This document shows, in pieces, positions 1 through 11,689 of a stretch of DNA of 64,000 nt. The notes under the pieces were generated by a model. The model searched no databases and was not told the DNA's origin. It saw only the letters and a program-made list of their open reading frames with translations. The DNA is from Pavona decussata (taxonomy: Eukaryota), in contig CDRNST010000080.1 in NCBI GenBank assembly GCA_977016875.1, positions 2,108,001 to 2,172,000 on the forward strand, in the 5' to 3' direction. The position numbers and the translations under genes were made by a program. Positions within the stretch are counted from its first letter, which is position 1. Each line of letters opens with the position of its first letter.

Positions 1-121
1 CGTCCGAAGGACGGCTTTTGTCAGTATTTTATAACGTTAATAGAAGCTTTAAATCTTGTAAAAGATGGTATTTTGGCTTTATCCAAGCGAACGTACTGAA
101 TATAGAAATGCGTCAAGCGTT

Positions 122-646
122 AATAGGCCTTATCACGGTTTTCGACGCCATTTTGACGAGTAGGCAAACAGGCTTGAATTAACAGTGTTTGTATGGAAAT
201 CCGATGTCAAATAATTTTCATAAAACATCGCTTCTGAAAAATTCATGAATTGGAAACTTTTGGCACTAGGAAAAGGTTTTTAAAGAAAAAAATTGGAGGG
301 ATGTAATTGTGCCAGAAAGCGTCCAGTCGTGTTTTGAATTTTCCATACATTTCCCTGTATTTTTTTTCCCGCGAACTAATTTTAGAAGCAGTTCACGGCG
401 GTTCGCTGTACAGACAAATGTATGGAAAGTTCAAAACACGACTGGACGCTTTCTGGCACAGCTATGTTCCTCCAATTTCTTTTCTTAAAATCCTTTTTCT
501 AGTGCCAAAAGTTTCTAATTCATGAATTTTTCCGAAGTTATGTTTTATGGAAATTATTTGACATCGGATTTCCATACAAACACTGTTATTTCAAGCCTGT
601 TTGCCTACCCGTCAAAATGGCGTCGAAAACCGTGATAAGGCCTATT
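122..646. mobile_element. Foldback MITE (non-autonomous DNA transposon) with ~230-bp inverted arms
   Basis: AATAGGCCTTATCACGGTTTTCGACGCCATTTTGACG at 122 is the reverse complement of CGTCAAAATGGCGTCGAAAACCGTGATAAGGCCTATT ending at 646. The arms pair imperfectly up to a short central spacer. No coding capacity. Confidence 0.85.
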
Positions 647-1164
647 TGCGGTACTCAGTAGACTCGCAGTGTTTACGTTTGTTCCGGGTAATCGATCTTA
701 TCGCTCACACTGGACCCGAATGAAATTTTGCAAAATTGAAGTTTCCTATTTTACCCCAAGCCCTTAACCAACGGAATTGCCTTGCATCTTTAAAGTCAAC
801 TAAACGATTACATTTTGTGGCCGGAGACAGTAAATGCTAGAGGTAGAGTGAGGGAAAGCTCATGGTAAGTCAACAAATATGCAAATCGGAACCGAAGCGC
901 GCTGGAGGAGAGAAGTCTGTTGAATTTACTGATTTTATTCCGGGTCGTAATTTATTTTTGTGACTTAATTTCATGGATCCGGAGCTACGATATCTTCCGT
1001 TCCTGGTTTACAAAACTGTCTGATTTCGCGGTAAAGATAGTTCCCGCGTTCCTAGCTACATCTCATGATTGTTTTGAACTAAATGGAAGCCAACTACAAG
1101 AGCCACTCTCGTTTTACACTATGTTTGGGCGACCACATTCTACTTCAACGCGTGTCATGCCATT

Positions 1165-1477
1165 CTAACCGAATCGTTACCCGTTTAACGGGTGCTGGTT
1201 TATTCTAACGGATCCTAACGGCTTCTCTAGCCGTGCTAACGGATACAGATTGTTTGCTAACGGTTATGCTGTCCAGTCTAACGGTCTGATGCTAACGGCT
1301 AACGGATACATGTCTTTTGCTAACGGCTGCACTATCCGTTCTAACGGCCCGATGCTATCGTCTAACGGTTGGGCTTACGCCTCTAACGTTCTTAAGAAAA
1401 CTTTCTAACGGATGACTAACGGATGCTTAACGCTTTTGCCCGTTTAACGGATAAGCGTTAAGGTACGTTTTCCCGTG
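1165..1477. repeat. Array of short TAACGG motifs ending in TTTTCCCGTG; probable end of a CMC (EnSpm/Chapaev-like) transposon
   Basis: More than a dozen (C)TAACGG copies with variable spacers. The end reads CACGGGAAAA on the minus strand, like CAC-starting CMC termini. The other end was not found. Confidence 0.5.
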
Positions 1478-1487
1478 CACGGTCACA

Positions 1488-2360
1488 AATGTTAAGCTTA
1501 AAGATCATCTACTGGTCATGAAAAATTTGTTGCGTGTGACGAGTAAGTTCTTGAGGGTCGAAGGAAGTTAATCTAAAGTTGTACCAATCCAACAAACAGT
1601 TTCCACGATTAAAAGGCGTGCGAATCTGGGGGCAGTGTTATTGATACATTTGGCTTAGCGAAGGATCGTCAGACGGAAGAAGATCAGCGAGCGCAGAGTG
1701 CGGATCAGAATTGCAACTGGAACTTGCTCCCGTAGCGTTTGGTCCAATCACGTGTGAAGGTTGATGTGATGAAGATGGTCCAGGCCTCTTTGGTTTGGGA
1801 GCTAAAATATAATGTTACAAATATCATCTATATTTTTTTTTATATTGGTAACGAAAACAAAGCCATGCGTTCAGTTACCTTGAGAATCATAATGCTGTTA
1901 AAACTCACGTAATATTAACAATAATAAAATGATGATAAATAAAGTAATAATAATAATAATAATAATAATAAAATAATAATGATAGTATTTAATTGTTACA
2001 AGTAACAACATACCTTCTTCGTTAAAAAACTCTCTTGTCATGTTGATGAGTATTTTTAACGTGGGCATGAAATGGTGCCATGTTTGTAAATTCCTTGCCA
2101 CAGGTTTTACATTTGTAGCTTCGTTGAGCACCATCATGGACCTTTTTCTTGTGATGCATCAAATCTCCAGGACGTGCAAAAGCCTTGTTGCAGGAAGGGC
2201 AGATGTGATTTTTCACCTTGGTGTGCACTAACATGTGGCGTGTTAGGTTGTCCACTCTCGCAAAGCTCTTACCACACATTGTACATTCATGGGAGACTTT
2301 GGCTTTCTTGGCCCGCGGCTCTCCTTCTGCCTCTAGACCGCCACCTACTTGATTGTTGAT
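1488..2360 (-). pseudogene. 5' fragment of a divergent zinc-finger pPolB (PolB-2b): three C2H2 fingers plus the start of the terminal-protein region
   Basis: CTMCGKSFARVDNLTRHMLVH, CPSCNKAFARPGDLMHHKKKVH, CKTCGKEFTNMAPFHAHVKNTH. Downstream PQIRTPFNRGNCLLDWYNFRL matches WPQIRTRFSRRNRLQDWYNFRL of the 60567-62249 ORF. Candidate intron 1802-2013. Confidence 0.8.
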
Positions 2361-2798
2361 CTAAAATGACAACAATAATACCGTTAACTTTACAGTAAAG
2401 TTAGTGTATGGAGCCATTTACCGCGTGGTGTATCAAGAAACTTTATTAACCCTTAAAGGAGACAGTGAAAAACAAGAGAACTGTTTAAAGAGAATGGAAG
2501 TTTTCATAACATCATGTACACAATAATAATTATTGAAAACAAGAATTAGAATTTTTTTTTAAAACTTGAATACGGGAAAGATAAAAGGACAATTTAAAAA
2601 CTATTTACACAACAATCGAAAAAATCAAGCTATTTTTGAAAAAAATTGAATAAATGGTAAAAAGGTTAATAGAAAGTGATAAAAAGAGAAATAAAAAATA
2701 TCAAAAAGAAATTAATTTGTTTATGGCAATAAGTAATATTTTTTTAATTTTTTTATTATTTTTTTACATTCACGGCAGTCATCTCCACATGCACACTC
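1488..2798. repeat. Segmental duplication copy 1 (copy 2 at 8729-10042)
   Basis: Near-identical from AAATGTTAAGCTTAAAGA to CACATGCACACTC; differs mainly in (TAA)n length. Confidence 0.95.
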
Positions 2799-3436
2799 GA
2801 AGTATTTTTTAAACAGTGAGTAAATCTCCCCTCTGTGGAGTGACATTTTCGCTTTGAAATGATAGGCGCATACAATGCAACTCCATTGCCGTTCCCTCTC
2901 GGGGTGGAGGTTGGCACATATCTGTAAAGAAACAATGCTTACTCAGTTTCCACTAGAGTGTTTAAAGAAGAACCTGAACTTTAATTATTCCAACACGTTT
3001 AAAAAGGGTTTAATGAGATGCAAGCGTATCTATGATTTGGAGTTTAGTGTATGATTATTTGGAGTGAAGTGAAAAGGAAGGAGCCGAACTACATTCAATA
3101 TTTTGATGCTAGAGTTTGCAAAAATTTTATAAAAGTTGTAGAAAGCTAACCGAAGTTCCCTTAAACTGTTATAACTTTTATTGTTATATTACATAATCAT
3201 GTTAAAATACTTACATCTCCTTGACATGCGGTCATAAATTGATGAACTTCATCCTCATATGCAGGGGTCCACCAGGCCAAACTGTACACTGCCTGGCAAT
3301 GACCGCACCTGTCAGTGTATTCTGCCAACGTTCGGCGCCAATGTCGCTTGCATTTATCGTGACGCGTCTGCCTGCAACATTCCATTTTTTGGAGGTTCCA
3401 TCCTTTCTCTAAGCAGATGAAGCATGTGTTCAATAC
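2721..3436 (-). CDS. Spliced RING-finger accessory protein, copy A (exons 3436-3215 and 2921-2721; first exon missing)
   Basis: CFIC...CCRQTRHDKC...CGHC RING-like pattern. GTAAGT donor at 3214 and TTTACAG acceptor at 2922 join in phase 0 to ICANLHPERERQWSCIVCAY...CACGDDCREC. Confidence 0.75.
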
Positions 3437-3479
3437 CTTTAAAAATTCGAAAAGAAAAGTCACTCTTTTGACACAAGAA

Positions 3480-3995
3480 CGTAATGGAACATTAATGCAA
3501 ATGCGTTTTTTTTTTTCAAACTTAGTTTCGTTTGTAAAAACCCATAACAAATCGAGACTATTGAAAGCATAAATATAGAACGCACGCTTTTATGAATGTT
3601 AGAACAACGCTTGAGTGAAACAGCAAAATCACTATTGCAAAAACACTTCTTTTGAACTTAATTTCGTTTGTAAAAAGCCGTAGCAAATGGAGACTATTGA
3701 ACGCATGAATTTCAAACGCGCTTTTATTAATGTTAGAACGACGCTTTTGTGAAACAGCAAAATCATTATTGCAAATGCGCTTCTTTTGAACTTAGCTTCA
3801 TTTCAAAAAAAGGGATAACAAATCGCGACTATTGAAAGCATCAATGTCAAACGCGCGCTTTTAAGAATGTTAGAACGATGCTTGAGTGAAACAGCAAAAT
3901 CATTATTGCAAACGCACTTCTTTTGAACTTAGTTTCGTTTGTAAAAAGCTTTAGCAAATGGAGACTATTGAAAGCATGAATTTCAAACGAGCGCA
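3480..3995. repeat. Tandem repeat, ~136-bp unit, ~3.7 copies
   Basis: CTTAGTTTCGTTTGTAAAAA-like anchors at ~3521, 3657, 3791 and 3928. Confidence 0.85.
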
Positions 3996-5178
3996 ATATC
4001 ATCCCGGCTGATGTTGGTGTTCTTAAATATCGGGTACATTTCTGAGAACTTCTCTTTGAGATGGTCAGGCATGCGAATATCTACTTCCACGCAACCGAAG
4101 AAACGCTCACTTCACACCTCACTCAAAATTCGCTCCCCCCTCATAATCTTCACTCTGTCAACGCTTCTTCGCACTTCGGTGGTGATGAATCGCTATCATT
4201 CCCGGTTGGTTTTCTTCATATCACGCCTTTACTCTTAATGTACTCAGTGTTGGCTCTCGTTTCTTCTCTGCTCTCAACCATGGGTTTGTTACGTTTTTCA
4301 TTAAATTCTTTTCTGCGGTTGAGAGCGCAGTTGTGGCCGTGCCAGTAGCAGCCTTGAAACTGATACACGGTTTGTGTCTCTGCGTGAAAACCATCCACTG
4401 GCAGTTTACGATCGCCGATACGTTTTTCTGTGTTATTCAACTGGTGGCGGATGTGAACTCTTTCTTTGTAAGCCACCCATTCGAGCCACTCGATCGCCAT
4501 CTTTATAGAACCTCTCTGTTTGAAGTTGTTTTCCACCAGGCGTCGTGTGTAACTTCCGGTTGGCATGTTGTTCATAATAATAGCCCAGAGGTACAAAGCA
4601 TTTGCATCATAACCCACGACCTGCTGTCACAACTTAGCTGCCTGGCCTCTTTCCGCTTCTCGATCTTTGTTTAATCGGCTTCGTGGTAGCGATGGAAGAT
4701 GATTGAAGGGCCTCCGGTGTTGTTGTCTTCGATCAAGTGATAAAGGTCACTGTTGGCTTGGTCAACCAGACTAAAGTGGGTTTGCTCATCAAGAAACGAG
4801 AACAGGTACTTTAAGGTGAGACCAGGAACAGAAATGCCATCCTTAAACATGTCAATCTTCCTTTCTTGCCAGACTTGTCTCATTTTTTCCACTGCCTCGA
4901 GGAATGGAACAACATCCAGATAATTGTACCAAGCTACAAAATCTCTGAAGGTTGACATCCGGTTTTCACCCCACACTTGCTGACAGTTCTGGTATTCGTC
5001 TTCGGTGATGTTAGCGTTCTTCAGGGATGAATAGAAGGCAGAGTGAGGGGGTAGCGATGTGTCATCCAGCTTGTCCAGCCCATCGACCCACTCGTACGGG
5101 AAGAAACCTTTAGGCTGCTCACACTTGTTGGCTTTTAAGAACTGGTCGTAGCTAAAACCCAGAGCGAGATAGTTCGTG
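3996..5178 (-). pseudogene. PolB-2 internal fragment (end of exonuclease domain, motif A, VSR-like nuclease)
   Basis: WYNYLDVVPF, TGGPSIIFHRYHEA, GYDANALYLWA, PVDGFH..YQFQGCYWHG; contains frameshifts. Confidence 0.9.
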
Positions 5179-5700
5179 AGTAGTTAGAGGGGCCATTTCA
5201 CCAGGTAACCAATCACAGAGCAGGGAATATCATTATTTTGGCTGAGAGCCAATCACAAACCAGTATTTTGACCACGTGACTAAATAGCTAATGAGGTCAA
5301 AATGACCAAAAAAATCCGAAGGGCGAGGGGGGTAGGGAGCATAAAAAAAAATGAGGGAGGGGTTGGTAAGGGATAAGTATTTTCGTACTGAATAATTAAT
5401 GAGGATGAGTAGTAATATCAGCTGGTTCTGACCCAATTTGACAGGTACTCATCAAAGTGAGTTACCATAGCAACCGAGAAATTAGCATGAAATGATGGAC
5501 AGGTAACAATACTGATGGGCGGAGTCAAATACTGTTTTCATGTCATTGGATAGTTATGATGAGATAACGTCATGACCGGAAGTGGGTGGATTTATGCCCA
5601 GTCCCCTTAAGAGTCAGAGACACTAGAATTTAAATATAAACCCTAATATTTACATGGCGGGACTTGTGCGAAGTCCTAGTGACCCGCGCCCGACTTACTA
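5179..5700 (+). mobile_element. Polinton/Maverick terminus (TIR region) starting AGTAGT
   Basis: The PolB-2 sequence GATAGTTCGTG (continues ATGTCC in the copy near 12120) is abruptly followed by AGTAGTTAGAGGGG, the typical Polinton end. Non-coding stretch with CCAAT, CACGTG, GGGCGG and CCGGAAGT motifs. Confidence 0.7.
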
Positions 5701-6387
5701 TTAAAATTGACTTAACACTCTCTCTAAACGTTCTCTCGCTCTTTCCTCTCGCTCTCTCTCCTCTCTCTCCTTTCGTTCTCTTGCTCTCTTCTCTCTCTGT
5801 TCCCTTATGATCTGTGCCATCTCCAATTCTTTCTTCTTTCTTTCTTCCTCGCTTCTTTTTCTTCTTGTTTCCTCTTCTTCCTCTCTTTTCTTTCTTTCCT
5901 CTTCCCTTTGTTCTGTTTCAAACCTTCTTTTCCTCCTTTCTTCCGCTCTATTTGCCCCTGCGGAGCGAGCTTTCGGGGCCTCCCCCTGTTCTTCGTGCCC
6001 CTCAATGTCACACATGAACTCTTCCAGAAGAGTCCTCATCTTCTTCCTTCCTTCTTCTTCCCCGTTCAATCCCTCGTCCAGTTGCCGCTTCTTGCTTTGC
6101 TTGGTTTTTTTTGTTTGCCCCCCTTGTTTTTGTGCTCTCTTTCTCTCCCTCCATCTTTTCTTCTGCGCTTTCACCAAATCTGGATTATTTTTCCTCCATC
6201 GTTTGAGTTGCTCCATCTTCCTTCCTTTTCCTCTTCTGCTCTTTTCCGTGAATGTTTTAATTTCTTTCTTCAAAGCTTCGCATTCTTGGTTCTTGCGTTT
6301 TAGTTCTAATTTTAAATCGACAATTGTTTTGTTCTGTCTTAAGTAGACCCGCACTGCTTCCTCTGACAGTTGAAGTTCGAATCCCAT
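5701..6387 (-). CDS. Highly charged coiled-coil accessory protein (228 aa)
   Basis: Open 228-aa K/E/R-rich frame. ATG sits directly after a TTTTTACAG acceptor. Contains WRKNNPDLVKAQKKRWRE. A decayed paralog lies at 10335-11000. Confidence 0.65.
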   Translation of the reverse strand: MGFELQLSEEAVRVYLRQNKTIVDLKLELKRKNQECEALKKEIKTFTEKSRRGKGRKMEQLKRWRKNNPDLVKAQKKRWRERKRAQKQGGQTKKTKQSKKRQLDEGLNGEEEGRKKMRTLLEEFMCDIEGHEEQGEAPKARSAGANRAEERRKRRFETEQREEERKKREEEEETRRKRSEEERKKKELEMAQIIREQREKRARERKEREEREREERARERLERVLSQF

Positions 6388-6619
6388 CTGTAAAAAACAA
6401 AATGAGTTGTATGTAGGTTAAACCAATAGCTTCATTCATTAACAGACAAGTATGTTGAATGTTTAAAGAAAATAAACGAAAAGCATATTGAACTCCACTT
6501 TGTTCCAATTAGTTTTGATTTCTTTGTATTCAAACGAAACAAAGAGGTGCTAACTTTTAATGCAAATTCAGTACTGAGACATGCACATGCAAATTCAGAA
6601 CCGTTGCTTAACGGTTATT

Positions 6620-6960
6620 TTCACAAAACGTTTGCAGTTTGGAAATCGATGTTAGTTTAGAGAAACATAGCTATGGATTTCTCTTTTAAAAACGTGTGTC
6701 GAAGGGAACTGCAGCACGATCGAAGACTTAAGTAAACGTTTTAGGCGTGATAAACTGAAGGAATGTAGGATTACAATTACAGTTAGAAAAAATTGATGAT
6801 GATGCATCTTAAAGCGTAAATGAACAACGTGAAAGCTATATCGTTTATCAAGGATCAGTGCTGAATTTCTCTTTTTAAAACTTGTGTCTAAGGGAACCGC
6901 AGTACGATCTAAGACTTAAGTAAACGTTTTAGGCGTGATAAACTGAATGAATGTAGGAAA
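6620..6960. repeat. Tandem repeat, ~188-bp unit (also at 11230-11690)
   Basis: AAGACTTAAGTAAACGTTTTAG at ~6722 and 6911, and again at ~11308 and 11497. Confidence 0.85.
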
Positions 6961-7369
6961 GTACGGTTGGAAACTTAACTAAACTTCTAATCGGTAACAT
7001 TAACAAACAAATCTGTTGCATGATAAACCTAACAAATTGTTCAAATTGAAATTTGTAGAGGTTTACTTACCGTTCTTGCAGATTTCAAGCACGTCTTTCC
7101 AACTTCTTTTTCTACTTTGTCCTCGTGACTTCACCGCAGTTAACACATAAAGCGTGTGTTGACTGAAATACGCGTGCTTGAGGTTATAAACGCTGAGCGC
7201 GTTCCCTAGCAACCAGTTTTAGCATGCATACATTAATCGTTTCTTCAGGGGATAACCCCCCCCATCCTCTCGTGTAGATTTTATTTGGATAACTCGTCTG
7301 CTTGACTGTAGGGATACGTTCTTCCGCTGTCACGGTGTATTTATATACCAATTTATTTATTGGCTGTTG

Positions 7370-8160
7370 GCTAGTGGGCTCTTGGACAGTATTGGTTCCT
7401 TGGACACAAGAACTCTATATTTGTCACGAAATGTTTTGCGCTGGCACGATCCCACCACCTGACCATAGCACGTCTGTGCTGTCAGGGTATAATGATGCTG
7501 CCTTCACAGGTAGATCTAGGGCTCTGGACATGGACTGGGTTAACCTCAAACCCACTATGGCTCCCATTAGTTCTAGCCTTGGAAGAGTCACAGGTGTAAG
7601 CAGTGTAACCTTACTCTTTGAAGCGATCAGCTGTGCAGATAAAGAACCATCTTCATACTCACAGCGTAAGTATGATGCAGCTCCATAGGCTTCTGTTGAG
7701 GCATCAACAAAGGTCACCACATCCTTCGATTTCACTGGTTGTTGGTTTTGCAGGCGCCGGGAAATCTTGACATTTGCTAGACACGACAGGTGCGAGAACC
7801 AGATCTAGAAAGATTAGCCACTTTGTCTTGAACTTCCTCATTCCAATCATAGCCACGGCTCCACAGTTCTTGGAGCATAATCTTTGCTCGCACTAAGAAA
7901 GGGCTTACTAGGCTAAGCGGGTCAAAGACTGTTTCGATCTTCTTCAAAACACTCCTCCTCATAATTGGATAGTCGTGTTGCAGGTACTGCCAATACATCA
8001 TTGGTGCTATTCCACTGCAAGCCATGTGTTGTTGTAACTGTATCTTTACTGTCTCTTATGTTAACTTCAGTGGCTCGGTCCTCCTCGGTATGGCTGCCAT
8101 CACTATTTCTAAATTTGAAACCCATTTTCGGGCGTGCATGCCTGCCTTCGCCCACAGTGC
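7370..8160 (-). mobile_element. BEL/Pao LTR retrotransposon pol fragment (connection and RNase H)
   Basis: VFDPLSLVSPFLVRAKIMLQELW, FVDASTEAYGAASYLR and LIASKSKV..PRLELMGA are BEL/Pao signatures; frameshifted. Confidence 0.9.
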
Positions 8161-8214
8161 AGCAGCATGAGGATACAGTTTAACTCATTTCTCGTCACCC
8201 GGTTCACCCACCTT

Positions 8215-9179
8215 TCCACGTACATCAACAAATGAATAATGCATGCAAGTCAGTTACTCCACAAAAAGGTTTAGGTGATGAACGGGTCTGTATGTACCTT
8301 TGAAAGTAGTGGCTTGTGTCTCTTTGCTAGATTCTTTGTATGACAGCTGTTAAGGACAGTAAGAAAGCGAGAGAAAAAGAGGTTTTCGTTGTAAGGAACA
8401 CCCATATTCTTGTCGCATTCCAGACTTGCAACTACCCTGTTGTGAACGATGAAAGAGAGCAATAGCGAACTTTTACCAATGGGATGCAGACAGTGCATTG
8501 TAACGAAAAATGTAACGTTTGTAACTTGATCTACTATCCATTTTGAGTTGGAACGTGGTTGACGCACATATTCTAAGATGTCAAATTCTTGTAAAGCTTC
8601 GTTTACTTGAACAAGGTCGTGCTCTGCTTGGATCTGGAAGGGAGTAGCAAAGACTTGATTATTGTTGTTTGACGAATGGTAGTACTGCAAGGTACCCCTT
8701 TTATTGTTGCGTAAAATGAGTCAGAACGAAATGTTAAGCTTAAAGACCGTCTACTGGTCGTGAAAAATTTGTTGCGTGTGACGAGTAAGTTCTTCAGGAT
8801 CGAAGGAAGTTAATCTTAAGTTGTACCAATCCAACAAACGGTTCCACGATTAAAAGGCGTGCGAATTTGGGGCAGTGTTATTGATACATTTGGCTTAGCG
8901 AAGGATCGTCAGACGGAAGAAGATCAGCGAACACAGTGCGGATCAGAATTGCAACTGGAACTTGCTCCCGTAACGTTTGGTCCAATCACGTGTGAAGGTC
9001 GATGTGATGAAGATGGTCTATGCCTCTTTGGTTTGGGAGCTAAAATATAATGTTACAAATATCATCTATATTTTTTTGTATTGGTAACGAAAACAAAGCC
9101 GTGCGTTCAGTTACCTTGAGAATCATAATGCTGTTAAAACTCACGTAATATTAACAATAAAAAAATGATGATAAATAAA

Positions 9180-9221
<42 letters not shown>

Positions 9222-9605
9222 TAATAATAGTATTTAATTGTTACAAGTAACAACATACCTTCTTCGTTAAAAAACTCTCTTGTCATGTTGATGAGTATTT
9301 TTAACGTGGGCATGAAATGGTGCCATGTTTGTAAATTCCTCGTCACAGGTTTTACATTTGTAGTTTCGTTGAGCACCATCATGGACCTTTTTCTTGTGAT
9401 GCATCAAATCTCCAGGACGTGCAAAAGCCTTGTTGCAGGAAGGGCAGATGTGATTTTTCACCTTGGTGTGCACTAACATGTGGCGTGTTAGGTTGTCCAC
9501 TCTCGCAAAGCTCTTACCACACATTGTACATTCATGGGAGACTTTGGCTTTCTTGGCCCGGGGCTCTCCTTCTGCCTCTAGACCGCCACCTACTTGATTG
9601 TTGAT
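8215..9605 (-). pseudogene. PolB-2b 5' fragment, second copy (C2H2 fingers, terminal-protein and OTU-like region)
   Basis: Same fingers as at 2022-2279. QYYHSSNNN..PRSNSKWIVDQVTNVTFFV..HPIG..ENLFFSRFL aligns with the 60567-62249 ORF. Confidence 0.85.
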
Positions 9606-10334
9606 CTAAAATGACACCAATAATACCGTTAACTTTACAGTAAAGTTAGTGTATGGAGCCATTTACCCCGTGGTGTATCAAGAAACTTTATTAACCCTTA
9701 AAGGAGACAGTGAAAAACAAGAGAACTGTTTAAAGAGAATGGAAAATTTCATAACATCATGTACACAATAATAATTATTGAAAACAAGAATTAGAATTTT
9801 TTTTTAAAACTTAAATACGGGAAAGATAAAAGGACAATTTAAAAACTATTTACACAACAATCGAAAAAATCAAGCTATTTTTGAAAAAAATTGAATAAAT
9901 GGTAAAAAGGTTAATAGAAAGTGATAAAAGAGAAATAAAAAATATCAAAAAAAAATTAATTTGTTTATGGCAATAAGTAATATTTTTTTAATTTTTTTAT
10001 TATTTTTTTACATTCACGGCAGTCATCTCCACATGCACACTCTACCATCCATTTTGAGTTGGTACGTGGTTGACGCACATATTCTAAGATGTCAAATTCT
10101 TGCAAAGCTTCGTTTACTTGAACAAGGTCGTGCTCTGCTTGGATCTGGAAGGGAGCATCAAAGACATCTTGCTCTGAGTATCTTTCTGCACTTACCCTTT
10201 GTGCGGGTCAAGACCCACTGTACCAGTTTCAAGGAATTTTGCCTCCCAAACGAGGTTTTAATACGATACTATTGTGAGGTTGTCAGCGCCAGGTATGATA
10301 CCAGTGGCCTGCATACCGCGCCCGACTTACTATT

Positions 10335-11000
10335 AAAATTGACTCAACACTCTCTAAACTTTCACTCTCCCTTTCCTCGCTCTCTCTCCTTTCTCTCCTT
10401 TCGTACTTTCGCTCTCTTCTCTCTCTCTTCCCTTCTTCTGATCTGTGCCTTCTCCAACTCTTTCTTCTTTCTTTTTTCATCGATTCTTCTTTTTCTCGTT
10501 TCCTCTCCTTATTCTCTTTTTTTTCTTTCCTCCTCCCTTCTTTCTGTTTCTAACCTCCTTTTTCTTCTTTCTTCCGCTCTATTTGCTCCTGCGGATGGAG
10601 CTTTCGGGGCCTCCCCCTGTTCTTGTTGCCCGTCTATATTTATTTCGCTCATGAAATCTTCAAGAAGAGTCCTCATCTTCTCCCTTCTTTCTTCCTCCCC
10701 TTCCTTTGTTTAATGTCTTAGTCGCTTCCCGCTCTGTTTCTCTTTTTTCTCTCTGCCGCTGCCTCCATCTTTTCTTTTGCTTTCTTACCAAATTCGGATG
10801 ATTTTTTCTCCATCTGTTTACTTGTTCCACCTTCTTCTCTTTTCTTTTGTTGCCTGATGTTTTATTGTTTCATTTGCTTTCTTTAAAGCTTCTCAATCTC
10901 GGTTTTTGCGTTTAAGCTCTAAAGATAAATTGGCGATCTTATGGTTTAGTCTTAAAAGACTCGCACCGCCTCATCAGATAAGGGTATTTCAAATCCCATC
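10335..11000 (-). pseudogene. Decayed paralog of the coiled-coil gene at 5701-6387
   Basis: Same acceptor and ATG (TTTTTACAGATGGGATT) and similar GGGGAGGCCCCGAAAGCTC core and 3' end; contains frameshifts. Confidence 0.75.
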
Positions 11001-11689
11001 TGTAAAAAACAAAATGATTTGTATGTAGGTTAAAACAATAGCTTTATTCATTAACAGACAAGTATTTTGAATGTTTAAAGAAAATAAAAGAAAAGCATAT
11101 TGAACTCCACTTTGTTGCTATTCGTTTTTATTTCTTTGTATTCAAAAGCAACAAAGAGGTGCTAATTTTTAATGCAAATTCAGAAATGGTCCTTAACAGT
11201 TATCTTCTCAATACGTTTGCCGTTTGGATAACGATGTTAGTTTAGAGAAACATAGCTATGGATTTCTCTTTTAAAAACGTTTGTCTAAGGGAACCGCAGT
11301 ACGATCAAAGACTTAAGTAAACGTTTTAGGCGTAATAAACTGAAGAAATGTAGGATATTACAATAACAATTAGAAAAAATTGACGAGGATGCATCTTAAA
11401 GCGTAAATGAACAACATGAAAGCTATATCGTTTATCAAGAATCAGTGCAGAATTTCTCTTTTAAAAACTTGTGTCTAAGGGAACCGCAGTACGATCGAAG
11501 ACTTAAGTAAACGTTTTAGACGTGATAAACTGAAGGAATGTAGGATGACAATTACAGTTAGGAAAAATTAATTATGATACATCTTAAAGCATAAACAAAC
11601 AACTGGAAAAGAGACAGAACTACAACATCAAAGCTACATCGTTCATCAAGGATCAGTGCTGAATTTCTCTTTTAAAAACTAGTGTCTAA

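Noticed and set aside
307-525. 72-aa ORF
   Set aside because: Lies across the centre of the foldback MITE; no coding signal.
1898-2137. ORF with poly-Ile transmembrane-like tail (also 9134-9382)
   Set aside because: Translation of an intronic (TAA)n microsatellite.
5807-6346. S/F/L-rich plus-strand ORFs (also 9961-10713)
   Set aside because: Antisense of purine-rich charged genes; the 250-aa ORF also crosses rearrangement junctions.
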